Source: Pseudomonadales bacterium (GTDB lineage: Bacteria > Pseudomonadota > Gammaproteobacteria > Pseudomonadales > JAUIET01). From it: 44,390 nt of DNA. Location of the stretch: contig JBPCXM010000619.1 in NCBI GenBank assembly GCA_051008535.1, forward strand, positions 1 through 44,390, given 5' to 3'. The notes beneath the pieces are model-generated. The model saw only the letters and a program-made list of their open reading frames with translations, was not told the DNA's origin and ran no database searches. The translations under genes were made by a program, and so were the position numbers. Shown piece by piece: positions 7,865 to 16,858 of this stretch. Every line of letters begins with the position of its first letter. Position 1 is the stretch's first letter.

Positions 7865-9904
7865 CTAAAAGACAAACTTAACCCCTAACGACGGAATTAG
7901 CGGCAGCCCCTCTTCCTCCTCCAAACGAAATTCCGCCGTACCGGCGATTGGCTCGTATGCCACCGCACCACCGTTGCGACGCGCATATACGTTGATGATG
8001 TCAAAATAATAGCTGCCTTCAACGCGGCTGAATCTGAATAGCCGCTCAGCGCGCAAGTCTAGTCGATGGTAGGCTCCCGCTCGCTCACTGTTGAGTTTGC
8101 CGTAGACCGGCAGGTAAAAGCCGGGGAAATCTGGATTTTCGCGGTTGCCAGTGATCGGCGTGTAAGGCATGCCGCTGCGGTAATTCCAACGCAGCCCTAC
8201 ATTCCATTTGCGCAATTGATAGTTGAGCACCAGGTTCGCAACGATCGGCGTGTCGTAGTCGGCGTTGGTGGTCAGACCGGTCAAGTCATTGGTGCGGCGG
8301 GTTTTGGCGTAACTTAGCGCGAACCAACCATACCAACGGTCACGCTGCGCTTTTTGCAACATCAACTCGACGCCGTACGCCTCTCCCGTCGCCGCATTGA
8401 CATAGTTGCGTTCGTCGTCCACATCAACGGCAAGGTTTTTCAGATCTTTGTAGTAAAGATCCAAATCAATCGACCAGCCGTCTCCAAACTCACCTTTAGT
8501 ACCAACAACATAATGGGTGGCTTCGGGCGAGCGCAGTTGCGGATTGCCAAATACAGGAATGATCTGGTCTATTTCCGGCAGTTGGTGATACTTTCCCCAC
8601 GAGCTTATCAGCCGCCAATTTTCGGTCAAGGTCAAACTAGCCTCGATGCGCGGTTCGGCGAAAGAGTCCTTCAAGTAATCGTCGCTTGACCATTGCATGC
8701 CCACTGTAATCAATAGCCTTGGCGTTACCTGCCACGCATCCTCGACGAATAGCGCTGTAGTCGCCACGTCCTGCCTATCGATTGCTTGTAGCAGTTCGCC
8801 AGGTTCCGTCTCGCAAGAAGGGTCGAAATCGCTGCAGCTTTGATAGCGCAGCTTCACGGCATAGTCGAACTCCTGCCGTTGATTTTCGCCACCCAGCGCT
8901 ACCCGGTGAGCGTTTGTCAGCTGTCGGGTGTAATGGCTCTTCACCGTCCAACCTGTGGTGTCGATCTCCAGGAATTCCGCGCCGTCGCTGAGTCGATCGC
9001 GTCGCGACTCCTGCAAGCGGCCGATGCCGGTCTTTAGTTCGTTGTTGTCATCGCGATAATCCCAACGCAGACCAACGCTATTAAATTTGGTATCGAGTGA
9101 TGCCCGCCCCGTACTACCGGGGTCGATCAGGGCGTCATCCGAGTTGCTACCAAGCGATAAAGCAGCGCGATCGCTGGCTCCCAGCGCCAGCAACGACACG
9201 CGGTTGTTTTCGTTGGGCGTCCAGGAGTACTTTGCCTGATAGTCGTCGGACCGCGGCCAACTGTTGATCTCAATATCCTCCTCATCCTTGAGATCTTCAT
9301 CGCCTTCGATCGCCTCCAGAATCAGATGCACCAAGCTCTCTCGCACCGACACATAAAACGCCTGGTTTTCCGTCACCCGACCTTCAAGCAACACGCCAGC
9401 GCGTAAAAAGCTGGCGTCAATCGTGGTGGTGAGATCTTGCGAAAGTGGTTCGCGCAGGCTGACATCGAACACGGCGCCGGTGGCCTGACCATAACGCGAA
9501 CCAAAGCCAGCGGCTTTGAGACCAAAGTCGCGAATAAGATGCTCGTTAAATACACTGTTACCAAAATCGTGAAACACATAGCTGGTAGGCAGGAAGTCGA
9601 TAAGAAAGGTGTTGTCATCAGGACCCGAGCCACGCACCGCCGGTTGGCCATCGCCGTCTTCCACTTCGACCACGCCGGGCAGGGAAAATATCGCTCGCAT
9701 CGGGTCACCAAGCGTGCCTGGAACGCGCAGCAGCTTTTCGGTGAGCAATGTCGGGGCAGTACGGTCCTGGTCTTTCTGTCCATCGACAATGACTTCCTCA
9801 ATCGCAGCTGAACTGTCGTCTTCCGCGTCGGCCGACGCTATCGCCATAGCATTAGAAATTACAATAAGTAGGCCTATATATAGCGGTGCGCTGATCGTTT
9901 TCAT
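7865..9904 (-). CDS. TonB-dependent outer-membrane receptor
   Basis: Signal peptide from ATG 9904; TonB-box-like IEEVIVDG; plug LPGV..PAVRGSGPDDN; beta-barrel pattern ending in GVKFVF. Confidence 0.88.
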   Translation of the reverse strand: MKTISAPLYIGLLIVISNAMAIASADAEDDSSAAIEEVIVDGQKDQDRTAPTLLTEKLLRVPGTLGDPMRAIFSLPGVVEVEDGDGQPAVRGSGPDDNTFLIDFLPTSYVFHDFGNSVFNEHLIRDFGLKAAGFGSRYGQATGAVFDVSLREPLSQDLTTTIDASFLRAGVLLEGRVTENQAFYVSVRESLVHLILEAIEGDEDLKDEEDIEINSWPRSDDYQAKYSWTPNENNRVSLLALGASDRAALSLGSNSDDALIDPGSTGRASLDTKFNSVGLRWDYRDDNNELKTGIGRLQESRRDRLSDGAEFLEIDTTGWTVKSHYTRQLTNAHRVALGGENQRQEFDYAVKLRYQSCSDFDPSCETEPGELLQAIDRQDVATTALFVEDAWQVTPRLLITVGMQWSSDDYLKDSFAEPRIEASLTLTENWRLISSWGKYHQLPEIDQIIPVFGNPQLRSPEATHYVVGTKGEFGDGWSIDLDLYYKDLKNLAVDVDDERNYVNAATGEAYGVELMLQKAQRDRWYGWFALSYAKTRRTNDLTGLTTNADYDTPIVANLVLNYQLRKWNVGLRWNYRSGMPYTPITGNRENPDFPGFYLPVYGKLNSERAGAYHRLDLRAERLFRFSRVEGSYYFDIINVYARRNGGAVAYEPIAGTAEFRLEEEEGLPLIPSLGVKFVF

Positions 9905-9979
9905 AGCATCCATCCAATGACAGTCAAACACAGCTCACATGCTATAAGCTAGGCGGTGATCACTCAGTAAGAGTTTGGT

Positions 9980-9996
9980 TACCGTTTGTAACGGTA
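9980..9996. promoter_or_regulatory. palindromic putative regulator site between the divergent TBDR and DUF885 genes
   Basis: TACCGTT-tgt-AACGGTA, a perfect 7-bp inverted repeat. Confidence 0.35.
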
Positions 9997-10134
9997 TGTA
10001 GCATCGGTTGAGGTCGACGCTGGCTTGTTCGTTCTACTTTACATTAACCAACCCTCGCCAGAAACAAGAATCGTGGTATCTTCTTGCCCACCACTTGATA
10101 TCAAACTGATTGTAAAATACACAATGGAGTCGCT

Positions 10135-11976
10135 ATGTTAAAACGATCATTCACCTTTCTGCTGCTAATCGTCGCAGTTGCCGCATGCACGTCAACTGAG
10201 CGGCTATCAACCCCGACCGACGAGTCGGCGACTGAAGCAGAGTCGGCAAAAGCCAATACGATGTTCGATCGTTTTTTCGAAGAGTCTGTTGCGCGTAGCC
10301 CAATGACCCAAGCCTATTTGGGCAGAAAAACAAACATGGACCAATGGGACAACCTGACCGATGAATATAGCAAGGAGACGTTGGAAGTACACAAGCGGCA
10401 GCTCGCCGAACTGCAAACACTGCAGCAAGACAAGCTCGACGATGCCAGCAAACTCAGTTACGCCTTGATGCAAAAGAGCCTGCAAGATGAGATCGAGGAC
10501 TACCGTTGGCGCTTGTATGATTACCCAGTCAATCAAATGCATGGGGTGCATGCCGCCGTACCCACGCTGCTAATCAATCAACACCAGATTAGCGACTTGA
10601 GCGACGCTGAGGCCTATCTGGCACGCTTGAACAACGTGCCTGAGTTTTTCAACCAATTGATTGCGAGCATCGACCAGCGTACAGCAGGTGGCATAGTCCC
10701 CCCCAAATTTGTGTTTCCTCACGTGATTCGTGACAGCCGTAACATCATCAAAGGCGCGCCCTTTGATAGCGGCAAGGACAACACCTTGTTCGCCGATTTC
10801 AAAGGCAAATTGGCGGCGCTGAAGGAGCAGGACGATGCGCTAAGGGACGAGCAAATTGCGCAATTGCTTGGCACTGCCGAAGATGCTCTGCGCAACTCGG
10901 TAAAACCTGCCTATGAAAAACTGATCGCTCATATGACCGAACTGGAGAAGACGGCAACTACCGAAGACGGTGTATGGAAATGGCCAGAAGGTGGAGAGTT
11001 TTTCAAAGTTGCGCTGCAACGCACAACAACGACCGATTTGACAGCTGAGGAAATTCACGAAACCGGCCTCAGCGAAGTTAAGCGCATCCATGCCGAAATG
11101 CGCAAGATCAAGGAACAAGTAGATTTCGATGGTGACCTGCAAGCCTTTATGCAGTTTATGCGAGAAGATAAACAGTTTATCTATACCGCAGACGACGAAG
11201 GCCGAGCGCGCTATCTGCGCGAGGCAACGGACCTTATCGACACAATGAAGTCGCGTCTCGATGAGCTCTTTATCACAAAGCCGAAAGCCGATTTGCGGGT
11301 CAAGGCGGTAGAACCTTTTCGCGAAAAATCGGCCGGCAAGGCATTTTACCAGCAGCCATCGGAAGACGGCTCACGGCCCGGTTTGTATTACGCCAACTTA
11401 TACGACATGGCCTCGATGCCGAGCTACCAGATGGAAGCCTTGGCCTATCACGAGGGCATTCCAGGCCATCATATGCAGATTGCGATGGCACAAGAGTTAG
11501 AGGGCGTGCCCAAATTTAGAAAGTACGGTCGCTACACCGCATATGTCGAAGGTTGGGGCTTGTATTCCGAAATGGTGCCAAAGGAAATCGGCCTGTACCA
11601 AGACCCCTACTCCGACTTCGGCAGGCTGGCGATGGAATTGTGGCGTGCCTGCAGACTGGTAGTCGATACTGGCATTCACGCGAAAAAGTGGACCCGTGAA
11701 CAAGGTATCGATTACTACTTTAACAACACGCCGAACGCCAAATGGGATGCTATCAAAATGGTTGAACGCCACATCGTTATGCCTTCGCAGGCAACAGCCT
11801 ATAAGATTGGCATGCTGAAAATCGTTGAACTGCGCGAAGCCGCGCGCACTAAATTGGGCGATCAATTTGATATTCGCGAATTCCACGATGTGGTGTTGAA
11901 ATACGGTCCATTGCCGCTGAATGTTTTGCAGCAAAAAGTTGAGGAGTGGACGGCAAACGCCGGGACTGCCTCATGA
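10135..11976 (+). CDS. DUF885 family lipoprotein (putative zinc peptidase)
   Basis: Lipobox VAAC; AYHEGIPGHHMQ, AYVEGWGLYSE, RACRLVVDTGIH, QATAYKIG, FDIREFHD. Confidence 0.9.
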   Translation: MLKRSFTFLLLIVAVAACTSTERLSTPTDESATEAESAKANTMFDRFFEESVARSPMTQAYLGRKTNMDQWDNLTDEYSKETLEVHKRQLAELQTLQQDKLDDASKLSYALMQKSLQDEIEDYRWRLYDYPVNQMHGVHAAVPTLLINQHQISDLSDAEAYLARLNNVPEFFNQLIASIDQRTAGGIVPPKFVFPHVIRDSRNIIKGAPFDSGKDNTLFADFKGKLAALKEQDDALRDEQIAQLLGTAEDALRNSVKPAYEKLIAHMTELEKTATTEDGVWKWPEGGEFFKVALQRTTTTDLTAEEIHETGLSEVKRIHAEMRKIKEQVDFDGDLQAFMQFMREDKQFIYTADDEGRARYLREATDLIDTMKSRLDELFITKPKADLRVKAVEPFREKSAGKAFYQQPSEDGSRPGLYYANLYDMASMPSYQMEALAYHEGIPGHHMQIAMAQELEGVPKFRKYGRYTAYVEGWGLYSEMVPKEIGLYQDPYSDFGRLAMELWRACRLVVDTGIHAKKWTREQGIDYYFNNTPNAKWDAIKMVERHIVMPSQATAYKIGMLKIVELREAARTKLGDQFDIREFHDVVLKYGPLPLNVLQQKVEEWTANAGTAS

Positions 11977-13037
11977 GCGACATCGTTTCCGACCCTGCCA
12001 ATATCACGCCAGACTGGCTAACTGAAGTTCTTCGTAGTAGCGGGAATTTGCCAAACGGTAGTGTGACCAATGCTCAATGGCAGAATATCGGCACCGGGAA
12101 AATGGGAGACAACGCGCGTTTCACTCTGCGTTACGATGGCAACTACAATACGCCAACCAGCGTTATCGCTAAGTTGCCAGCAGCCGACGAGACGGCACGC
12201 TCGATGGCCGGCGCGATGGGCGCCTATCGGAAAGAAGTGATGTTTTATCGTGAGCTGGCGCCGCTCACCGGCATGCAAACACCCGAGATCTACTGTGCCG
12301 AAGTCAATGCCGACGGCACCGAATTTATTATTCTTATGGAGGATCTCGCACCCGCTGAACCCGGCAACCAACTCGTGGGAGAGTCACAACAAAGAGCGGA
12401 GCTGGCAGTGATCGAGGCCGCCAAACTGCACGCTCCGTTTTATGCCAAACCCGAGTTGCTGGCGGGCGACTACGTTACTAAAAACAATAAGGATGGCGCA
12501 GAGCTGGGTCAAAGCCTGATGCGACAGTACTGGCCAGGCTTTGTTGATCGTTTTGGCCACGGTCTCGCGCCCGGATGCATCGCACTGGGGGATACGTTTG
12601 CGGCCAATTATGCACAGTGGGCGCAGCGTTATGACGGTGCCAAAACACTGATACACGGCGACTACCGCTCGGAGAATATTCTGTTCGGCGGACGCGGCAC
12701 GGCAACTACGGTAGACTGGCAGACCGTGCAGGAATCATGCGCGTTGGCCGACGTGGCCTATTTCCTTGGCGGCAGCATAGATACAGATTTACGCCGCAGC
12801 ACCGAACAGGATTTGGTGGAAAAATACCGTGCTGCACTCCAAGCGTTGGGGGTAGAGATACCCGCCAAAGATTGCTGGCAGCAATATCGTGAGTTCTCGC
12901 TACACGGCGTAATGATTACCGTGCTAGGTGCCATGTTTACGGCACCGGAAGAACGCAGCGACCGCATGTTTCTCACGATGGCGCAACGGCACTTGCAGCA
13001 GTGTGTTGATATGCATGCCGATGAATTTATCACGTAG
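11973..13037 (+). CDS. APH/ecdysteroid-kinase-like phosphotransferase
   Basis: Real start is probably ATG 11973 (ATGA overlap with DUF885); IAKL, EVMFY, LMEDL, LIHGDYRSENILF and VDWQ kinase motifs. Confidence 0.85.
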   Translation: MSDIVSDPANITPDWLTEVLRSSGNLPNGSVTNAQWQNIGTGKMGDNARFTLRYDGNYNTPTSVIAKLPAADETARSMAGAMGAYRKEVMFYRELAPLTGMQTPEIYCAEVNADGTEFIILMEDLAPAEPGNQLVGESQQRAELAVIEAAKLHAPFYAKPELLAGDYVTKNNKDGAELGQSLMRQYWPGFVDRFGHGLAPGCIALGDTFAANYAQWAQRYDGAKTLIHGDYRSENILFGGRGTATTVDWQTVQESCALADVAYFLGGSIDTDLRRSTEQDLVEKYRAALQALGVEIPAKDCWQQYREFSLHGVMITVLGAMFTAPEERSDRMFLTMAQRHLQQCVDMHADEFIT

Positions 13038-13058
13038 TCACTGCTGCTGTTTGCAGCT

Positions 13059-13949
13059 TTAAGCAGCTTGTTGCCGAACCGCTCCGGGCCCCACGCCAAT
13101 AATCCGTTTGAACGCTTTGGCAAATGCAGCTTCGCTTTCATAGCCGCAGCGTTCCGCGACTGCCAAAACGGAGAGGTTTTCTTCATCCAGCAGATTGTAG
13201 GCAATCTGCATACGCCAGCGCGTCAGGTACTCCATTGGGCTTTCGCCGAGTAAGGTTTTAAAGCGCTCGGAAAAAGAAGAGCGCGACATGGCGGCCAACT
13301 CGGCCAGTTTTCCCACCGTCCATTTGGCATGAGGTTGGGCCTGCATACCAGCCAGAGCTTTATGAATACGCTGGTCGCGCAAAGCAGCGGCAAGGCCTTC
13401 GACCTCTTCACTCTCAGCTACGTACTCCTTGAGAATAATCACAAACAGTGCTTCAGCGAGGCGATCGACGACGGCCTCGGTGCCGGGTGAGGCCTGCAGC
13501 GACTCGCTAATCATCAAGTCCATCAGCGTCGCCATATTGCCCTTTATCTCATTGCGGCGAATAAGAACAACATCGGGAAGAATATCGAGTAAGGAAGAAG
13601 CCGCATTCTGTTTAAAGTGAAAATAGCCACAAATCAAACCGACGCCGTCCTCGCGTAACCCCTCATCGTAGCTGGTCGAGATTTGTTGATTACTACGCAC
13701 ACTGCATTCTGCCACGTTACTCAGTAAATGCTTGCTATCGCGTGGAAACACTACACAATCTCCCTTTTCAAGGTAGGTGACTTCCGCTAAACCCTCGCTG
13801 CGAATATAACAATCCGCGTGGGAAATAATGTGAAAACTCGCCTTACCAGTCCCGGATGTATCCACTGCCCAATCCCCACAATACTGGGCGTTGTTAATTA
13901 AATCGGTTTGTAAGCGAAAGGTTGCCAATAACTGGCGCAGGGCGTCCAT
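13059..13949 (-). CDS. AraC family transcriptional regulator with cupin_6 sensor (RclR-like)
   Basis: N-terminal YCGDW..FH....C cupin and LICG; C-terminal WTV..LA..AAMSRSSF..RF, PM.YL..WRM, GYESEAAF.KAFKR..G..P. Confidence 0.9.
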   Translation of the reverse strand: MDALRQLLATFRLQTDLINNAQYCGDWAVDTSGTGKASFHIISHADCYIRSEGLAEVTYLEKGDCVVFPRDSKHLLSNVAECSVRSNQQISTSYDEGLREDGVGLICGYFHFKQNAASSLLDILPDVVLIRRNEIKGNMATLMDLMISESLQASPGTEAVVDRLAEALFVIILKEYVAESEEVEGLAAALRDQRIHKALAGMQAQPHAKWTVGKLAELAAMSRSSFSERFKTLLGESPMEYLTRWRMQIAYNLLDEENLSVLAVAERCGYESEAAFAKAFKRIIGVGPGAVRQQAA

Positions 13950-14082
13950 TAAAACTTACTTCCCAATTTCAGACGATTGGGCAGAAAGCACGGCCCTTCG
14001 AGCATATTGCTGCGCGCGGATTCCCGGTTTAATGGTAACCGTTTTTAAGTAATTTACTGTCACTACCTGAAGGAGTGTAACC

Positions 14083-14514
14083 ATGAAAAACATCATCATA
14101 TCATTATCCCTGTTGCTTCTCGCTGCTCTAACAGCGGGCACGGCCATCGCCGCGGACCAAAACACGGAACTCGCCAGCGGTAGCCTGCAGGCCGCTTTTT
14201 CTTCCTGGGGCAAGCCATCTATAACAGGAAACTGGAAGATTTTGCAAGAGGGCGGCCGCCACTATATTGAGCTGGCTGACAATTTTAAAGCCAAAAAAGG
14301 CCCCGACGTAAAAATCTTTCTTTCACCCACGCCAGCGGCGGAAATTACCGGTGCGAATGCGGTCAAAGGTAGCGTGTTCGTCACCTTGGTTGCAGATTTT
14401 GAAGGCCGCACGCGAATAGAAATTCCAGCAGGTGCTGACGTCAATCAGTTCCAGTCGCTGGTATTCCACTGCGAGGCCTACACCAAACTGTGGGGCAGCT
14501 CGGCGCTGCGTTAA
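14083..14514 (+). CDS. secreted DM13-domain protein
   Basis: Signal peptide; F...KGPDVKIFLS and FQSLVFHCEAY..LWG DM13 pattern; RBS AGGAG. Confidence 0.8.
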   Translation: MKNIIISLSLLLLAALTAGTAIAADQNTELASGSLQAAFSSWGKPSITGNWKILQEGGRHYIELADNFKAKKGPDVKIFLSPTPAAEITGANAVKGSVFVTLVADFEGRTRIEIPAGADVNQFQSLVFHCEAYTKLWGSSALR

Positions 14515-14530
14515 ATATCATTCCAAGATT

Positions 14531-14557
14531 TTCTCGCGAGCTCTATGCTCGCGGGAA
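14531..14557 (+). terminator. hairpin downstream of the DM13 gene (terminator or REP-like)
   Basis: TTCTCGCGAGC-tctat-GCTCGCGGGAA stem with one G-U pair; no clear U-tract. Confidence 0.35.
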
Positions 14558-14661
14558 TATCATCCACGATCTCTATAACAAATACTTACGCGCGCAATGC
14601 GCAAGCGGTAAACATCGAAACGCAACAGGTGTTGCAGGCAACAAGCGCTGAGTAGAGCTTC

Positions 14662-14708
14662 TTGACAGTCTATAAACCCTATGGTTGAATATCAACTTAT
14701 TGGTTGAT
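14662..14708 (+). promoter_or_regulatory. promoter -35 plus tandem ArsR operator dyads
   Basis: TTGACA at 14662; TAAACC-ctat-GGTTGA (14673-14688) and ATCAAC-ttattg-GTTGAT (14691-14708) directly upstream of the ArsR start. Confidence 0.6.
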
Positions 14709-14720
14709 TGAAGTAGTCGC

Positions 14721-15092
14721 ATGATAACCAAGCCGTCCGCCGCAGTACCCACACCCAATCCGGACGTGCTTGATGCTGTATTCCAGGCGCTAGCCGACCC
14801 GGTACGTCGCGAAATCCTTACCCGGCTCGACGGCGAAGACTTGTTGGTATCGGAACTTGCCGCGCCGTTTGAAATTTCGCTGCAGGCGGTGTCGAAACAC
14901 ATTCAGGTGCTAGTAAGAGCCGGCTTGGTGAGTCAGGAGCGCACCGGCCGTGTCAGCCGCTGCCAACTCGACGCCGGACCGCTCTACGACGCCGCGGTAT
15001 GGATCAATCAGTACAGCCGTTACTGGCAAGACCAGTTCAACACCCTCGCCGCCTGGCTTGGGGAAATCGACGACCAGAACAGGAGTAAGTGA
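14721..15092 (+). CDS. ArsR/SmtB family transcriptional regulator
   Basis: LDAVFQALADPVRREIL, V.ELA.PF.ISLQAVSKHI.VL.RAGLV...RTGR. Confidence 0.9.
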   Translation: MITKPSAAVPTPNPDVLDAVFQALADPVRREILTRLDGEDLLVSELAAPFEISLQAVSKHIQVLVRAGLVSQERTGRVSRCQLDAGPLYDAAVWINQYSRYWQDQFNTLAAWLGEIDDQNRSK

Positions 15093-15661
15093 AGATGACC
15101 AGTCTCCAAACCAGAGAAAAACTTAAAGCCAACTACGATGAAATTATGCGCTTGCGCGGAGAGATTCGCGAACTGACACAAGCAGATTCGCCCGAAGAGG
15201 TGGAAGACTATGCTTTTACCGGTCAAGCTGGAGGCGTTCGGCTTGCCGAACTGTTTGGCGACAAGACCGATCTTATCGTGATCCACAACATGGGCGCCAG
15301 CTGCAGCTACTGCACACTGTGGGCCGATGGTTTCAACGGTGTGGTGCCGCACCTTGAGGACCGTGCAGCGTTTGTCGTGATCTCTCCCGACGCACCAGAA
15401 GCGCAAGCGAAATTTGCCGAATCTCGCGGCTGGAAATTCAAAATGCTGTCACATCAAGGGACCAGTTTCGCGGAAGATATGGGTTACAAGAGCGAACAAG
15501 GATTCGAACCTGGCATCTCGGTATTCCAGAAGCGCGACGGCAAAGTCGTTCGTGTTTCCGATCGACCAATGGGCCCGGGAGATGACTTCTGCGCCATCTG
15601 GCATATGTTTGATCTTATCCCTGAAGGGGCTAATGGTTGGCAGCCGCAGTACAATTATTGA
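15089..15661 (+). CDS. DUF899 family thioredoxin-fold protein
   Basis: EVEDYAF, LAELFG.K..LIV.H.M, CSYCTLWAD (CxxC), PG.SVF, W..FDL.P.G. Confidence 0.85.
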   Translation: MKMTSLQTREKLKANYDEIMRLRGEIRELTQADSPEEVEDYAFTGQAGGVRLAELFGDKTDLIVIHNMGASCSYCTLWADGFNGVVPHLEDRAAFVVISPDAPEAQAKFAESRGWKFKMLSHQGTSFAEDMGYKSEQGFEPGISVFQKRDGKVVRVSDRPMGPGDDFCAIWHMFDLIPEGANGWQPQYNY

Positions 15662-15693
15662 GGTCACGTTTGTTTGGCGCCATGATCCCCGTG

Positions 15694-15847
15694 ACGCGAG
15701 AGTTTGGAGTTATTTCCCCGTTCGATGGGGCGGTCGCTATGGGCTTCCTGCCTGCGCGACGTTTGCACATCCATGTGCATAGTCCGTGCCCCATCCCGCG
15801 TCCATCCATGGCGCCAGTCACTCCGAAATAACTCCAATCTCTCACGT
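15694..15847. repeat. structured intergenic element with 23-bp terminal inverted repeats (MITE/REPIN-like)
   Basis: ACGCGAGAGTTTGGAGTTATTTC (15694-15716) pairs with GAAATAACTCCAATCTCTCACGT (15825-15847) at 21/23; internal GATGGGGC..GCCCCATC and TGCACAT-cc-ATGTGCA hairpins. Confidence 0.65.
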
Positions 15848-15984
15848 GGCTAACCAACGAGTACACCACCCAGGCTTCCAATATACTCGGATAAATACAA
15901 CCAGCTTGAATATTTATACCTCTCGTGTCTAAATGTCGCTTCGTGTGCGCAGTCAAGCAACATATATAGGTACAGTAGATAATC

Positions 15985-16785
15985 ATGAAGCTGCTACAAG
16001 ATCGAGTGGCCATCATCACCGGCGCCGGTGCTGGCATTGGCAAAGGAATCGCCGTCAATTTTGCCCGCGAAGGTGCCAACATAGTTGTTGCAGAGTGCAA
16101 CGAAGAAAGCGGTGCCACAGCGGCTGCAGAGCTAAAACTGTTGGGCGTCAAGGCCAAATTTGTATTGACTGATATCAGCAAATTGGGTTCGGTGGAAGCT
16201 GCAGTTGAGCAAACGATCAACGAATTTGCACGCGTCGACATACTGGTCAATAACGCCTACCCCACCATGAAATATATGCCTGAAGACGTTGAAGCGATTA
16301 ACGAAGATCGTTTGCAGGACTCGATGCTGGCGGGCTTCCACGCTGTAGCAACGGCAATGCGCGCCGTGTTCCCGCACATGAAAGCGGCGCAGTGGGGTCG
16401 CATCATTAATATTTGTTCACTCAACGGTGTGAATGCGCACAAGTTCACAGTCGACTACAACGCCGCCAAAGAAGCGGTTCGCGCCTACACTAGAACCGCA
16501 GCCGTCGAATGGGCGCGGTACAACATAACAGCGAATATCATCTGCCCCGCCGCCGTAACCACACCGTTTAAGGCGCTGGAAAAAATGGCGCCTAAAGTTG
16601 TGGTCGAAGCCGCTCGTTCTAACCCTATGGGCCGCATGGGTGATCCTGATAGGGACATCGGCGGCGTGGCTTTGTGCCTGGCATCCGAATATTGCCAGTA
16701 TGTTACCGGTAACACAATGTTTGTCGATGGCGGCTCTCACGTTAACGGTACGCCATGGGGCGCTGAGAAACCAGACTTCGACTGA
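15985..16785 (+). CDS. classical short-chain dehydrogenase/reductase
   Basis: TGAGAGIG, DILVNNA, S..YNAAK, NPMGRMG, YVTG....VDGG. Confidence 0.92.
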   Translation: MKLLQDRVAIITGAGAGIGKGIAVNFAREGANIVVAECNEESGATAAAELKLLGVKAKFVLTDISKLGSVEAAVEQTINEFARVDILVNNAYPTMKYMPEDVEAINEDRLQDSMLAGFHAVATAMRAVFPHMKAAQWGRIINICSLNGVNAHKFTVDYNAAKEAVRAYTRTAAVEWARYNITANIICPAAVTTPFKALEKMAPKVVVEAARSNPMGRMGDPDRDIGGVALCLASEYCQYVTGNTMFVDGGSHVNGTPWGAEKPDFD

Positions 16786-16858
16786 AGCATTGGCGTCTGG
16801 CGTCAAACCTGGATTTTTTTCGTCCTTCTCAATAAGCGAGCTGTGGAGATTATCTGTC

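Noticed and set aside
15820-15870. LVSHVRDWSY on the minus strand, resembling the tail of a REP-associated tyrosine transposase
   Set aside because: Too short, lacks the HUH and NPV motifs, and overlaps the inverted-repeat arm; probably chance.
16598-16858. N-terminal extensions in the ORF track (also 17895, 11946, 39055, 42706 and 9931 starts)
   Set aside because: They overlap upstream genes or lack family similarity; downstream ATGs fit the RBS, signal peptide or family start better.
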